From the NCBI GenBank assembly GCA_963764625.1, contig CAVXTH010000006.1:512001-576000 (forward strand): 64,000 bases of DNA, read 5' to 3'. Below the pieces are notes generated by a model that saw only the letters and a program-made list of their open reading frames with translations, was not told the origin of the DNA and made no database searches. The translations under genes and the position numbers were made by a program. This stretch comes from Candidatus Krumholzibacteriota bacterium. GTDB taxonomy: Bacteria; Krumholzibacteriota; Krumholzibacteriia; JAJRXK01. Shown here piece by piece: positions 25,307-34,407 of the stretch. Position 1 is the stretch's first letter, and each line of letters starts with the position of its first letter.

Positions 25307-25342
25307 GAAGGGCCGTGTGGGAGTGAATCCATGCGGCCCTTC
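25307..25342 (+). terminator. Strong hairpin between the two pilins (terminator or mRNA stabiliser)
   Basis: GAAGGGCCGTGTGGG-AGTGAA-TCCATGCGGCCCTTC, with no U-tract. Confidence 0.55.
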
Positions 25343-25369
25343 CACTACCTACCGCACAGCGAGAACGTC

Positions 25370-25807
25370 ATGTTGAAGCGAAACGCAGGATTTACCCTCA
25401 TCGAGTTGATGATCGTGGTGGTCATCATCGGAATCCTCGCTGCCATGGCAACTTCCAACTGGCTCTCCATGCAGGCCAGTGCCAAGGAGGCAGCGGTGAG
25501 GAGCAACTGCCATACGGTGCAACTGGCAGCGGAGGACTTTTCCGTGCGCTACGATGGAATCTACGCCGCGAACCTTGCCGACAATTCGCCGGGCGTGACG
25601 ATTCTCCAACTCCTGCCTCGGGGTCAGCTGCTTCAGAACCCCTTTACGCGGGCTCTCACGGAACCCGTGAACGGGGCGGCGGCCACGCAAGGTCAGACCG
25701 GCTACTCACCGCTGAATCAGGGCGGCGTGAACGTCGGCTACGTCATCGATGGGGTGGGACGCGGCCCGGGACTCAACACGATTATCAGGCTGACGAACGG
25801 TCAGTAG
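25370..25807 (+). CDS. Second type IV pilin (paralog of the first)
   Basis: MLKRNAG|FTLIELMIVVVIIGILAAMATS. Shares SNCHTVQLAAEDF..R.DG.YAANLAD and NPFT with the first pilin. Confidence 0.9.
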   Translation: MLKRNAGFTLIELMIVVVIIGILAAMATSNWLSMQASAKEAAVRSNCHTVQLAAEDFSVRYDGIYAANLADNSPGVTILQLLPRGQLLQNPFTRALTEPVNGAAATQGQTGYSPLNQGGVNVGYVIDGVGRGPGLNTIIRLTNGQ

Positions 25808-25849
25808 CCACCTGCGGGCCTCACCGTACCCTCTCCCCAGACTCGAGTC

Positions 25850-25865
25850 TGGCATCGTTCGTGCA
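25850..25865 (+). promoter_or_regulatory. Sigma-54 -24/-12 element upstream of the ABC operon
   Basis: TGGCATCGTTCGTGCA, GG-N10-GC. Confidence 0.65.
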
Positions 25866-25951
25866 AAACGCCCCCCATGGGGTGTTTTCACTTCGAAAAC
25901 GGCAGATTCTGAGCCGCTGCACCCCAAAGACACCGAAGAAAGGGCACGAGC

Positions 25952-27001
25952 GTGAGGACCGAACCAACCCCTCGTGAGGAGCGCAGATCGATCTGCAGCC
26001 TCAAGGATGTCCAGAAGAGCTATCGCTCTGATTTCCTGCGCAAGCGCCATGAAGTCCTGCGGGGGATCAGCTTCACGATCGAAGCTGGCGAGACCTTCGC
26101 CTATCTCGGCCACAACGGCGCCGGGAAAACCACCACCATCAAGGCCATGCTCGGTCTGATCGGTTTGAATGGAGGGGAGCTGAAGATCTTCGGCCGTCCC
26201 GCGGGAGACACCAGAGGGCTGGCCCGTCTCGGGTACCTCCCGGAGAACCCCTACTTCTACGACCACCTCTCAGGACGCGAGTTCCTGGCGCTCGCCGGCC
26301 ACTTGCACGGACTGGGCAAGGGCCAGTTGCAGAAGCGCATCGAAGAGGTTCTCGAGCTGGTGAACATGGAGGACAGGGCGGACCGCCAGATGCGCTCGTA
26401 CTCGAAGGGAATGCTCCAGCGCCTGGGTCTCGCTCAAGCCCTCATCAACGATCCCGAGCTTCTCATCCTGGATGAACCGATGGGGGGTCTGGATCCAGTG
26501 GGTCGTCACCAGGTGCGAAGCATTCTCTCGGAACTGAAAGCCCGCGGTACCACGATCTTCATGAGCTCGCACATCCTCAGCGACGTGGAGAGTCTCGCTG
26601 ATCGCGCCGCGATCCTCAGCGAAGGGCAGCTCATGCGCATCGTGTGCATGGCCGACCTCGTCGCCGACAACGCCTCGAAGATGGTCCACTGCCGTCAGCT
26701 CCCACAGGACGCGGTCGAGAGATTCAACCAACAGGGTTTCGTGACCCACGTGAACAATGACGTCACTCGAATCGAGGTGACTCGCGATTCGGATCTACCG
26801 AGAGTTCTTACCATGCTCGAGTCGAGCGGAGCCAGCCTGCTTCGCGTCGAGCCGCTACGGTCGTCTCTGGAAGATCTCTTCCTGCGTGAAGTCTCGCGAG
26901 GCGTCATGCCCATTCGCAGAAAGCCAAGCAAGACCGGAGCGACTCACGAAGCTCAGAGGGTCGTGCAAGCGGTGCGGGACGTCCAGGAGGTGCGGCGATG
27001 A
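25952..27001 (+). CDS. ABC transporter ATP-binding protein (Myxococcus PilH-like)
   Basis: GHNGAGKTT, YSKGMLQR signature, LLILDEP, SSH. Confidence 0.92.
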   Translation: MRTEPTPREERRSICSLKDVQKSYRSDFLRKRHEVLRGISFTIEAGETFAYLGHNGAGKTTTIKAMLGLIGLNGGELKIFGRPAGDTRGLARLGYLPENPYFYDHLSGREFLALAGHLHGLGKGQLQKRIEEVLELVNMEDRADRQMRSYSKGMLQRLGLAQALINDPELLILDEPMGGLDPVGRHQVRSILSELKARGTTIFMSSHILSDVESLADRAAILSEGQLMRIVCMADLVADNASKMVHCRQLPQDAVERFNQQGFVTHVNNDVTRIEVTRDSDLPRVLTMLESSGASLLRVEPLRSSLEDLFLREVSRGVMPIRRKPSKTGATHEAQRVVQAVRDVQEVRR

Positions 27002-27765
27002 CACGGATGCTCGCAGTGGCGCGCAATACCTTTCGTGAGGCGGTTCGGGACAAGATCTTTGGTTTGGTGGGCGCGTTCGGGCTCGTGCTCGTGGTCTCCT
27101 CCATCGTCTTGAGTCCGTTGACGATTGGAGCGCAGACGAAAATGGTGGCCGACGTGGGACTCTCGTCGATCACGATCTTCGCCCTCTTGATCGTGCTGTT
27201 GGTTGGCAGTGGCATGGTGCACAAGGAACTCGACAAGCGCACGATCTTCACCATCCTGTCCAAGCCGATCACGCGCACCGATTACATGCTGGGCAAGTAC
27301 CTCGGCCTCATGCTTACTCTGCTCGCGATCATGGCCAGCATGAGTCTGCTCTTCTTCCTCTCGGTGTGGCTCACACCATCTGTCTTCGATTTCGCGCTGG
27401 TGAAGGCGCTCTACATGGCGGTCTGTGAGATGACCGTGGTCACCGCGGTCGCCATGCTGTTCAGTTCCTTCACGACGGCCACTCTCACGAGCCTCTTCAC
27501 TCTGGGCATCTTCCTCGCCGGACACACTCTCGGTGATCTCGAGACTTTCGCCCGCATGTCTGGCTCACAGGGGACCATCTGGGCCATGAAAGCGGTGCGG
27601 ATGATCCTGCCCAATCTCGAACTCTTCAACGTACGGAATGCCGCGGTCCACGGGCTTCCAATCCACTCCGCCCATCTGATGTGGGCCGGGATCTACGCGC
27701 TCTTGTATTCCACGCTCTGCCTCTCGCTCGGGTCCTGGCTCTTCGGCCGGAGGGACTTCAAATGA
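26998..27765 (+). CDS. ABC-2 type permease (PilI-like)
   Basis: ARNTFREAVRDK, ELDKRTIFTILSKPI..YMLGKYLG, about 6 TM helices, C-terminal FGRRDF. Confidence 0.88.
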   Translation: MTRMLAVARNTFREAVRDKIFGLVGAFGLVLVVSSIVLSPLTIGAQTKMVADVGLSSITIFALLIVLLVGSGMVHKELDKRTIFTILSKPITRTDYMLGKYLGLMLTLLAIMASMSLLFFLSVWLTPSVFDFALVKALYMAVCEMTVVTAVAMLFSSFTTATLTSLFTLGIFLAGHTLGDLETFARMSGSQGTIWAMKAVRMILPNLELFNVRNAAVHGLPIHSAHLMWAGIYALLYSTLCLSLGSWLFGRRDFK

Positions 27766-28499
27766 ACCGGCGTCGAGTCGGGATCTTCGCCTTGGGGCTC
27801 TTGCTCTTGCTGCTGTCCTCCTGGACCGCCCGACGCGCGGATGCGGTCCGCGACCGTTCAGTCGAATCCACCATCCAATATCTGCCGAATCCTGAGGCGG
27901 TGAAGATCGCTTCCTTCGGATTCGACGATCTCGTTTCTGATTTTCTCTGGCTCAAACTCATTTTGTACTACGGGGAGAGCCGGAAGGGCCAGCACGGGCT
28001 CGCGTTCTTCGAGCAGCTGGCGAATACCGTCGTCTACCTCGACCCCCGCTTCACCGAAGGATACCGCTTCACCGCCCTGGTGCTTTCGCAGGACATGGGA
28101 GCGCCCGAGGCGGGAATCCGGATGCTCCGCAAAGGGATGGGGGCTGAGCCGGACGATTGGTGGCTTCCTTTCGAAGCGGGATTCATCGAGTACGTGACGG
28201 TCATGGACGATGAAGAGGCCTTCCGCTGGTTCAAGCGCGCAGCCGAAGTTCCGGGAGCTCCGGAGTTTCCGCGCCGCTTTGCCGCGTTCGTCGGTACCCG
28301 TGCGGGCGAGCTACAGATAAGTGTCGTGCTCTACAAGACCATTGCCCGTACCACGACGGACAAGTACCAACGGAAGGACGCCCTCGAGAAGGTCGAGCAG
28401 CTCGAGGCCGCCATCCGCGGTGAGGCACCGGTTCCCGAGTGGGCGCGGCGCAAGCGGGTCATCGAGGGGAAAGTAGACGAGGGGAAGTCGGGTGCTTGA
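27762..28499 (+). CDS. Membrane-anchored TPR-like protein (PilG-like accessory)
   Basis: N-terminal hydrophobic segment, FGFDDLVSDFLWL, LDPRF..Y, PDDWWLPFEAGF. Overlaps both neighbours. Confidence 0.7.
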   Translation: MNRRRVGIFALGLLLLLLSSWTARRADAVRDRSVESTIQYLPNPEAVKIASFGFDDLVSDFLWLKLILYYGESRKGQHGLAFFEQLANTVVYLDPRFTEGYRFTALVLSQDMGAPEAGIRMLRKGMGAEPDDWWLPFEAGFIEYVTVMDDEEAFRWFKRAAEVPGAPEFPRRFAAFVGTRAGELQISVVLYKTIARTTTDKYQRKDALEKVEQLEAAIRGEAPVPEWARRKRVIEGKVDEGKSGA

Positions 28500-29280
28500 G
28501 CTCTCTTCATTGAGCCGCATCGTCCCGGTCTCGATCGTCTTCCTTCTGGGTGCGTGCGTCGGCAGTTTTCTCAACGTGGTGATCTGCCGTGTGCCCCACG
28601 GGCGCTCGATCGTGAAACCCCCCTCGTCCTGCCAATCGTGCCATCGGACCATCCCCGCCTGGTGGAACATCCCGATCCTCTCGTGGCTTTTTCTGCGGGG
28701 CAAGTGTCACTACTGCCACGAACGGATCTCGCCCCGCTACGTCTGGGTGGAGTTGCTCACGGGTGCTCTCGCGGTTCTGTGTCTGTGGCGCTTCGGGCTC
28801 ACCCCTCTGGCTCTCAGTCTCTTCGCTCTCTTGTCCGCGCTGGTGGCGGTGGCTCTGATCGACTGGGAGTACATGATCATCCCCGATGGCATCAGCCTGA
28901 GTTTTCTGCTGCTGGGCCTGGTTCTGTCACCGTTCACCGGCCCCGGATTGCTCCCCGCGCTGCTGGGCGCGGTGGGGGCGGGCGGACTCCTCCTGTTGAT
29001 GGGCGTCCTCTGGCAGAAGACCAAAGGCGTGGCGGGAATGGGTGGAGGAGACGTGAAGCTCATGGCGGCAGTGGGGGCGTATCTGGGCCTCGTACCCGGT
29101 CTGCTCGTCATCTTCCTCGGCGCGCTTCTTGGGTCGATCTACGGACTGGTCGTCCTGCGGAAGGGGGGACAGGCCAAGGTCGCTTTCGGAACTTTCCTGT
29201 CCTTGGCGGCCGCGGTCGTCATCTTCTTCGGTCATGAGCTCATCGGCTGGTATCTGAGCGCAACCCGGCTGGGAACTTGA
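28492..29280 (+). CDS. pilD: Prepilin peptidase
   Basis: GSFLNVVICRVP, CxxC..CxxC, ALIDWEYMIIPD, GMGGGDVKL, AFGTFL. Confidence 0.95.
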   Translation: MLELSSLSRIVPVSIVFLLGACVGSFLNVVICRVPHGRSIVKPPSSCQSCHRTIPAWWNIPILSWLFLRGKCHYCHERISPRYVWVELLTGALAVLCLWRFGLTPLALSLFALLSALVAVALIDWEYMIIPDGISLSFLLLGLVLSPFTGPGLLPALLGAVGAGGLLLLMGVLWQKTKGVAGMGGGDVKLMAAVGAYLGLVPGLLVIFLGALLGSIYGLVVLRKGGQAKVAFGTFLSLAAAVVIFFGHELIGWYLSATRLGT

Positions 29281-29353
29281 CCCAGCCTCTGGCGCTCCTT
29301 TCCCCCTGCGATCTCTTGTTTCCTCGAAGCGCTCAATTCTCCTTGAAGCGGCG

Positions 29354-29364
29354 TGCAGGATGCA
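29354..29364. promoter_or_regulatory. Candidate PilR activator site upstream of pilM
   Basis: TGCA-GGA-TGCA. GCGTGCAGGA is repeated at 29351 and 29370. IHF-like AGGCAATAACTTG at 29441-53. Confidence 0.5.
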
Positions 29365-29476
29365 CGAGAGCGTGCAGGACGGTCATTTGAGGAGCCCCTC
29401 ACGCGCCCATTCCCAGGGCCCTAAGCCCCAATGTATTCAGAGGCAATAACTTGCGAGGACCTCCCGTCCGGCGGCT

Positions 29477-29492
29477 TGGCATGACCCTTGCC
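29477..29492 (+). promoter_or_regulatory. Sigma-54 promoter of pilMNOPQ
   Basis: TGGCATGACCCTTGCC, near-perfect consensus. Confidence 0.8.
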
Positions 29493-29626
29493 TTTGACCT
29501 GCCTGCAATCTTGAGGATCCCCCGTGGGAGTAGTCTTCGCGGGCCCTTTGAACATGGACTGAGTTGCGTCAACGCACCCTTGGGGGGGCGGAAAGCGCGC
29601 CAGCTAGCTGGAGGTCGCAAGCTTCG

Positions 29627-30698
29627 ATGATCTCGCTCCTTCGAAAGCGCAGCAAAGCGACGGTGGCCCTGGATATCGGGTCCAACGTCGTCAAGTGTCT
29701 GCGACTTGATCACTCCGGTGAACAGCCTCTTATCACCAACTTCGCGATGGTCGAGCTCATGCCCGACGCCATCGTCGAAGGGGAGATCATGGACCGTGAA
29801 ATGGTTGTCGAAGCCATTCGCGAGTGCCTGAACCAAGCCAATGTCTCCGCTGCGGACGTGTCGACCTCCATCGGGGGTCGCTCAGTCATCGTCAAGAAGA
29901 TCATCATGGACAAGATGGCTGCCGCGGATGCCGAGGAGGCCATCTTCTGGGAAGCCGAGCAGCACGTTCCCTTCGACATCGACGACATCTGCCTGGATTT
30001 TCAGATCGTCAAGGAAGACGTGGGCGCCAACCAGATGGAGATCCTCCTGGTCGCGGCCAAAAAAGAGACGATTCAAGCTCACGCCGAGTTAGTGCGTGAG
30101 GCGGACATGCGTCCGGTGCTCATCGACGTCGATGCCTTCGCGGTGCAAAACGCTTGGGAAATGAACAATGGCGGACCGTCGGACGAGGTCGTCGGCTTGA
30201 TGAACGTGGGCGCCGATGTCACCAGTCTCTGCGTCGTACAGAGTGGCACGCCCTACTTCACGCGCGATCTCAACGTCGGGACCAATCGTCTCGTGGAAGA
30301 GTTCCAGAAGGAATTCGGAGTCAGCTTCGACGAAGCCCGCGATTTCGTGGCCCACCCCGAGAAGGTGGAGGAATCGGAGGCGGACCGGCTAGTGGAGATC
30401 GTGCGCGGCGTGGCCCAGGACCTTTCGATGGGAATCGACCGCAGCATCTCCTACCTCCGTACTTCAGGCGATGCCGAATCGATCGATCGCATCGTTCTCA
30501 GCGGAGGCGGAGCGCGCTTCCCGGGATTGCGACAGCTGCTCTCCGAGCACGACAACTACGAAATCGAAATCGGAAACCCCCTTCAGTGCGTGGGGTACGA
30601 TCGCCGATGTTTTTGGTGATGAAAACGTGGACGAACTCGCCCCCTTACTCACCGTGAGTGTCGGGCTTGGCCTTCGCAGTCAGGGGGACAAGCAATGA
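29627..30698 (+). CDS. pilM: Type IV pilus alignment protein PilM; apparent +1 frameshift at about 30602
   Basis: VALDIGSNVVK, EAEQHVPF, LLVAAKK, IVLSGGGA. The typical ending LTVSVGLGLR lies in the next frame. Confidence 0.92.
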
Positions 30699-31273
30699 TT
30701 CGCATCAACCTGCTTCCCAAGGAAGATGTTCCTCGACACGTACAGATCAAGCTTCCCCCGGTGGCAAGCTTCATCCCTGTCTTTGTCGCGGTTGCGCTCT
30801 TGGGATTATGTGTCGCGACGGCGTTCATCCAGCACGGCAGGGTAGTGAAGCTGCAGAGCGACATCCAGACCGCGAGGGAGGAAAGCCAGAAACTCGCTCC
30901 TCAGATCGCGCGGATCAAGCAACTGACCCAGGAACGTGACCAGGTCGACCGTCGACTCGACGCCATCACCATGCTGGACAAGGACCGCTACGTCCGAGTC
31001 CGGCTCATGAGCGAGCTCAGTCGTCGCATGCCGGCCAACACCTGGCTGACTCTCTATCAGGAAGTGAATCCCACCACGATTCGTCTCGAGGGGATCACTT
31101 TCAGCAACTTTGTCATTGCCGACTTCATGCGTAACCAGGTTGTGAGCAGCAGTTACCTGGGCGTGGACCTCGATTTCATCTCGCGGGGTACGATCGGCGA
31201 CATCGACGTTCTCAAGTTCGGCCTGACGGCGCAGGTGGGTCAGCCCACCACCGACGTGGCCACAGGAATGTAG
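30695..31273 (+). CDS. pilN: PilN
   Basis: MIRINLLP motif, one TM helix, coiled coil, P..TWL. Confidence 0.92.
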   Translation: MIRINLLPKEDVPRHVQIKLPPVASFIPVFVAVALLGLCVATAFIQHGRVVKLQSDIQTAREESQKLAPQIARIKQLTQERDQVDRRLDAITMLDKDRYVRVRLMSELSRRMPANTWLTLYQEVNPTTIRLEGITFSNFVIADFMRNQVVSSSYLGVDLDFISRGTIGDIDVLKFGLTAQVGQPTTDVATGM

Positions 31274-31292
31274 CCACGGGAGGGATCACGAA

Positions 31293-31973
31293 ATGGATCT
31301 ACAGAGTCCCAAGGTGCAACGGATCCTCATCTCATCTCTGGTGAGCGTGATGATTCTGTACCTCTTCTTTGGAAGCTCCATGCTTGGGTTCTCGTATCGA
31401 GCCAAGAAGGCTCAAATCGAGACTTTGCAGACGGAATACGACGGGCTTTCCCGCGATCTGGAGCGCGCCCGCGTCACTGCACGCAACTTGCCCAAACTGG
31501 AACAGGAGTATCAGTACCTTCACGAGCAGTGGCTCATCGCTCGCAATCTTCTTCCCGAAGAGAACGACATGGAGCCATTACTGCGAAAGGTGTCTGCCGC
31601 GGCCCAACAGTCCGGCCTGTCCTGGGTGGAGTATCGACCGGAGGCGCCCATCCAGCGTGAGTTCTACGCCGAGAATCCCATATCGATCGAGGTCGAGGGC
31701 AACTTCCATCAGGTCGGGACTTTCCTGGGCCAGGTCGCTAACCTCAATCGAATCGTGAATGTGCGCAACATCAAGCTCACCGGTGTGCGTCCCGAGGACC
31801 AGGGCAAAGAGGGCACCATCAACAGCCTGTCCGGCAAGATGCAGATCGTTGCCTACACGGTGCCCAACGCACCGGCGAATCCGGACGCGCCGAAGCAGAA
31901 TCTCACTAGCGCCCAGCAACGGCTGGGACGGGCAGGCGCCAAGGCCAGTGCGGCCAAGGCCGAGAGCAAATAG
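31293..31973 (+). CDS. pilO: PilO
   Basis: TM helix plus coiled coil, LLPEE, FYAENPI..GNFHQVGTF..VANLNRIV. Confidence 0.9.
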   Translation: MDLQSPKVQRILISSLVSVMILYLFFGSSMLGFSYRAKKAQIETLQTEYDGLSRDLERARVTARNLPKLEQEYQYLHEQWLIARNLLPEENDMEPLLRKVSAAAQQSGLSWVEYRPEAPIQREFYAENPISIEVEGNFHQVGTFLGQVANLNRIVNVRNIKLTGVRPEDQGKEGTINSLSGKMQIVAYTVPNAPANPDAPKQNLTSAQQRLGRAGAKASAAKAESK

Positions 31974-31991
31974 CTGAAGGAGCTGCAGAGA

Positions 31992-32450
31992 ATGAGTAAG
32001 AAGCTTCTCACCGCGATTCTTGGCGCCACGTTGCTCGCCCTGAGTTTGGCCGTCGATGCGGCGGCCCAGACCGAGGCCAAGGCGGCAACGCCTTCGGACG
32101 AGGCGCAGTCCCGGATCAAGTCGATCCGGAACAACGAATACTTCTATCAGTCCTACGGGCGTGTCGATCCCTTCCGTGCCTTGGTTACGGGAAAATTCGA
32201 AGCGGCGCCCAGAGCCGACCTGGCGGACATCAACTCCGCGACTCTGGTCGGGATCATGTGGGGCGCGAACCAGAAGTATGCACTCTTGGAGGACGGACAC
32301 GGCAACGGGTTCATTCTCCGGGTCGGCGATAAGGTCCGTAATGGACGGATCGTCGCAGTACAAGACGACAGCGTGGTGGCTACCATCTCGCTTTACGGAA
32401 TCACCTCGAGAGTCGTTCTCCGGCTCGAGCAGAAGAAGGAAAACCGATGA
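31992..32450 (+). CDS. pilP: PilP-like protein
   Basis: Y...GRVDPF, LVGI..ALLED..G.G..LRVGD..GRIV. Located between pilO and pilQ. Confidence 0.75.
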   Translation: MSKKLLTAILGATLLALSLAVDAAAQTEAKAATPSDEAQSRIKSIRNNEYFYQSYGRVDPFRALVTGKFEAAPRADLADINSATLVGIMWGANQKYALLEDGHGNGFILRVGDKVRNGRIVAVQDDSVVATISLYGITSRVVLRLEQKKENR

Positions 32451-34275
32451 TCACGATCCTCAACGGCAAAACAGGGATGGTCGGCGCCCTGCTCATGGTC
32501 TTGGGACTGGCTGTTCTTTCGGGCGTGGCGTCCGCGAGTGATGACGGTCAGCTCTCCGCTAAGACTGCTGACATCGTGAGCGTAAATCTTGTCGAGAATA
32601 GCGACGCTACCTCGATCAAATCGACACTCGCGGTCAAGTCGAAACCCGGGCCATGCAGTTGGCCGATCCGGATCGTTTCGTGGTTGATTTCACCGGGGGA
32701 ATTCTCCGGGCGGATTCAACTCCCATCCTCGGCGATGGAGATCTGGTGAAGAGCGTGAGAATCTCGCAGTTCTCGCTCAGCCCCGTTCCCGTCACCCGTC
32801 TGGTGGTCGATCTCAAGCGACCGACCCAGAGCCGGGTCGAGCAGACGGAGAATGGATTCGTCATCGAGCTTACGCCCTCTGCCGCGAGTTCGAGTGCAAT
32901 CGACGAATCCACTCCCGGGTACTTGAGCGAACAGGCGAACAGTCTCCCGGTGGACCACTGGCAATCGGCCGAGGACCAGCCCAAGGTCGCACAGCCGGTC
33001 CGTCGAGAGACTAACGCAAATTATGCCCGCACATTCAGCATCAACGTGCAGGGCGCGGACATCCAGACCATTCTGCGCAGCATCGCGGTTTTCAGCGGGG
33101 AGAACATCATTGCCTCCCCGGAGGTCGTCGGCCCCGTGACGGCCGCCTTGACCGATGTTCCATGGCGCGAGGCGCTCGATGTCATTCTGAATGCGAATGG
33201 ATTCGGCTATGTGGAAGACCATGGCGTGATCCGTGTCGACACTCTGAAGAAGCTGCGCGAGGAAGAGATCGCGCAGAAGACGGCCTCGCAGCGGATCGAT
33301 CAGATCGAGAAGCTGACTACGAAAGTGATCGACATCGATTTCGCGAACGCCGAAGAAGTGCGTAGCGCCATGAAGAACATGGTGAGTCCTCGTGGATCGA
33401 TCGAGGTGGAGCCGCGCACGAACAGTCTCATCGTCAACGACATTCCCTCGGTCGTCGCCCTCGTCGAACAGCTGGCGCATTCACTCGACAGCCGTACTCC
33501 ACAGGTGCATATCGACGCCATGCTCCTGGACCTCGATACTCGAGTCAGCCAGGACCTGGGAATCAAGTGGGGCGTGAACGACTTCAAGGCTGATGGCGTG
33601 AATCTCAGCGGTGATGCCACGGTGGACGCCGGGATCGACAGTCCCATCGGACAGTTCCGGGTGGGCGCGATCAAGGACTGGGCCTCGTTGCAGGTGACGC
33701 TGCAGGCGTTGGAGAAGGACAACAAGGCGCAGATCATCTCGAACCCCGCAATCACCACGACCGACAACCGCGAAGCCGAGATCCTGGTGGGCCAGAAGAT
33801 CCCGTTGATCGTCGCCGACGAGGCGGGCAACGCGGTGACGCAGTTGACCACCATTGGTATTCGGCTCGTCGTGACGCCGCACATCAACAGTGACCATCAG
33901 ATCACGCTCGACGTGCGCCCCGAGGTCTCGGATCTGTCGAGCGAGGCCACGGTGCAGGGCGGAGTCATCATCAACACAAGCCAAGCCAACACGCGCGTAC
34001 TCGTGAACAACAAGGAGACTGCGGTCATCGCAGGCCTCATCCGCGACGTGGAGAGCAAGCTGACTTCGGGAGTTCCCGTGCTGAAGGACATTCCCTTGCT
34101 GGGATCTCTCTTCAAGAGCACCTCGACCGCGAAGTCGAAGCGTGAGCTGGTCATCTTCATTACGCCGACCATCGTCGACGAGGATGTACCCATGATGGAC
34201 GAACGTCAGAAGAACATCTTCAACGGTCTGCAGGATCGGAAGGCCGAGAAGCAGATGCAGGGCGTCGGCATGTAA
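32447..34275 (+). CDS. pilQ: Type IV pilus secretin PilQ with AMIN domain; apparent -1 frameshift at about 32618-32620
   Basis: Signal peptide in the first frame. AMIN (PDRFVVDF..VRISQF..RLVVDL), VPWREALD, RTNSLIV, QVHIDA, GVPVLKDIPLLGSLF, ELVIFITP in the second frame. Confidence 0.92.
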
Positions 34276-34299
34276 GATCAGAGTCGAGCCGGAGAATGC

Positions 34300-34331
34300 G
34301 GGCGCCGGACCTTTGGTCCGGCGCCCTTTTT
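34300..34331 (+). terminator. Rho-independent terminator after pilQ
   Basis: GGGCGCCGGACC-TTT-GGTCCGGCGCCC followed by TTTTT. Confidence 0.9.
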
Positions 34332-34407
34332 CTGGAATCCTTGCCCCCAAGAGCGTTTCTGGCCTACCCTCCACCTGCCCGTTTCCACTCTGCCCGAAGG
34401 AGAGCCC

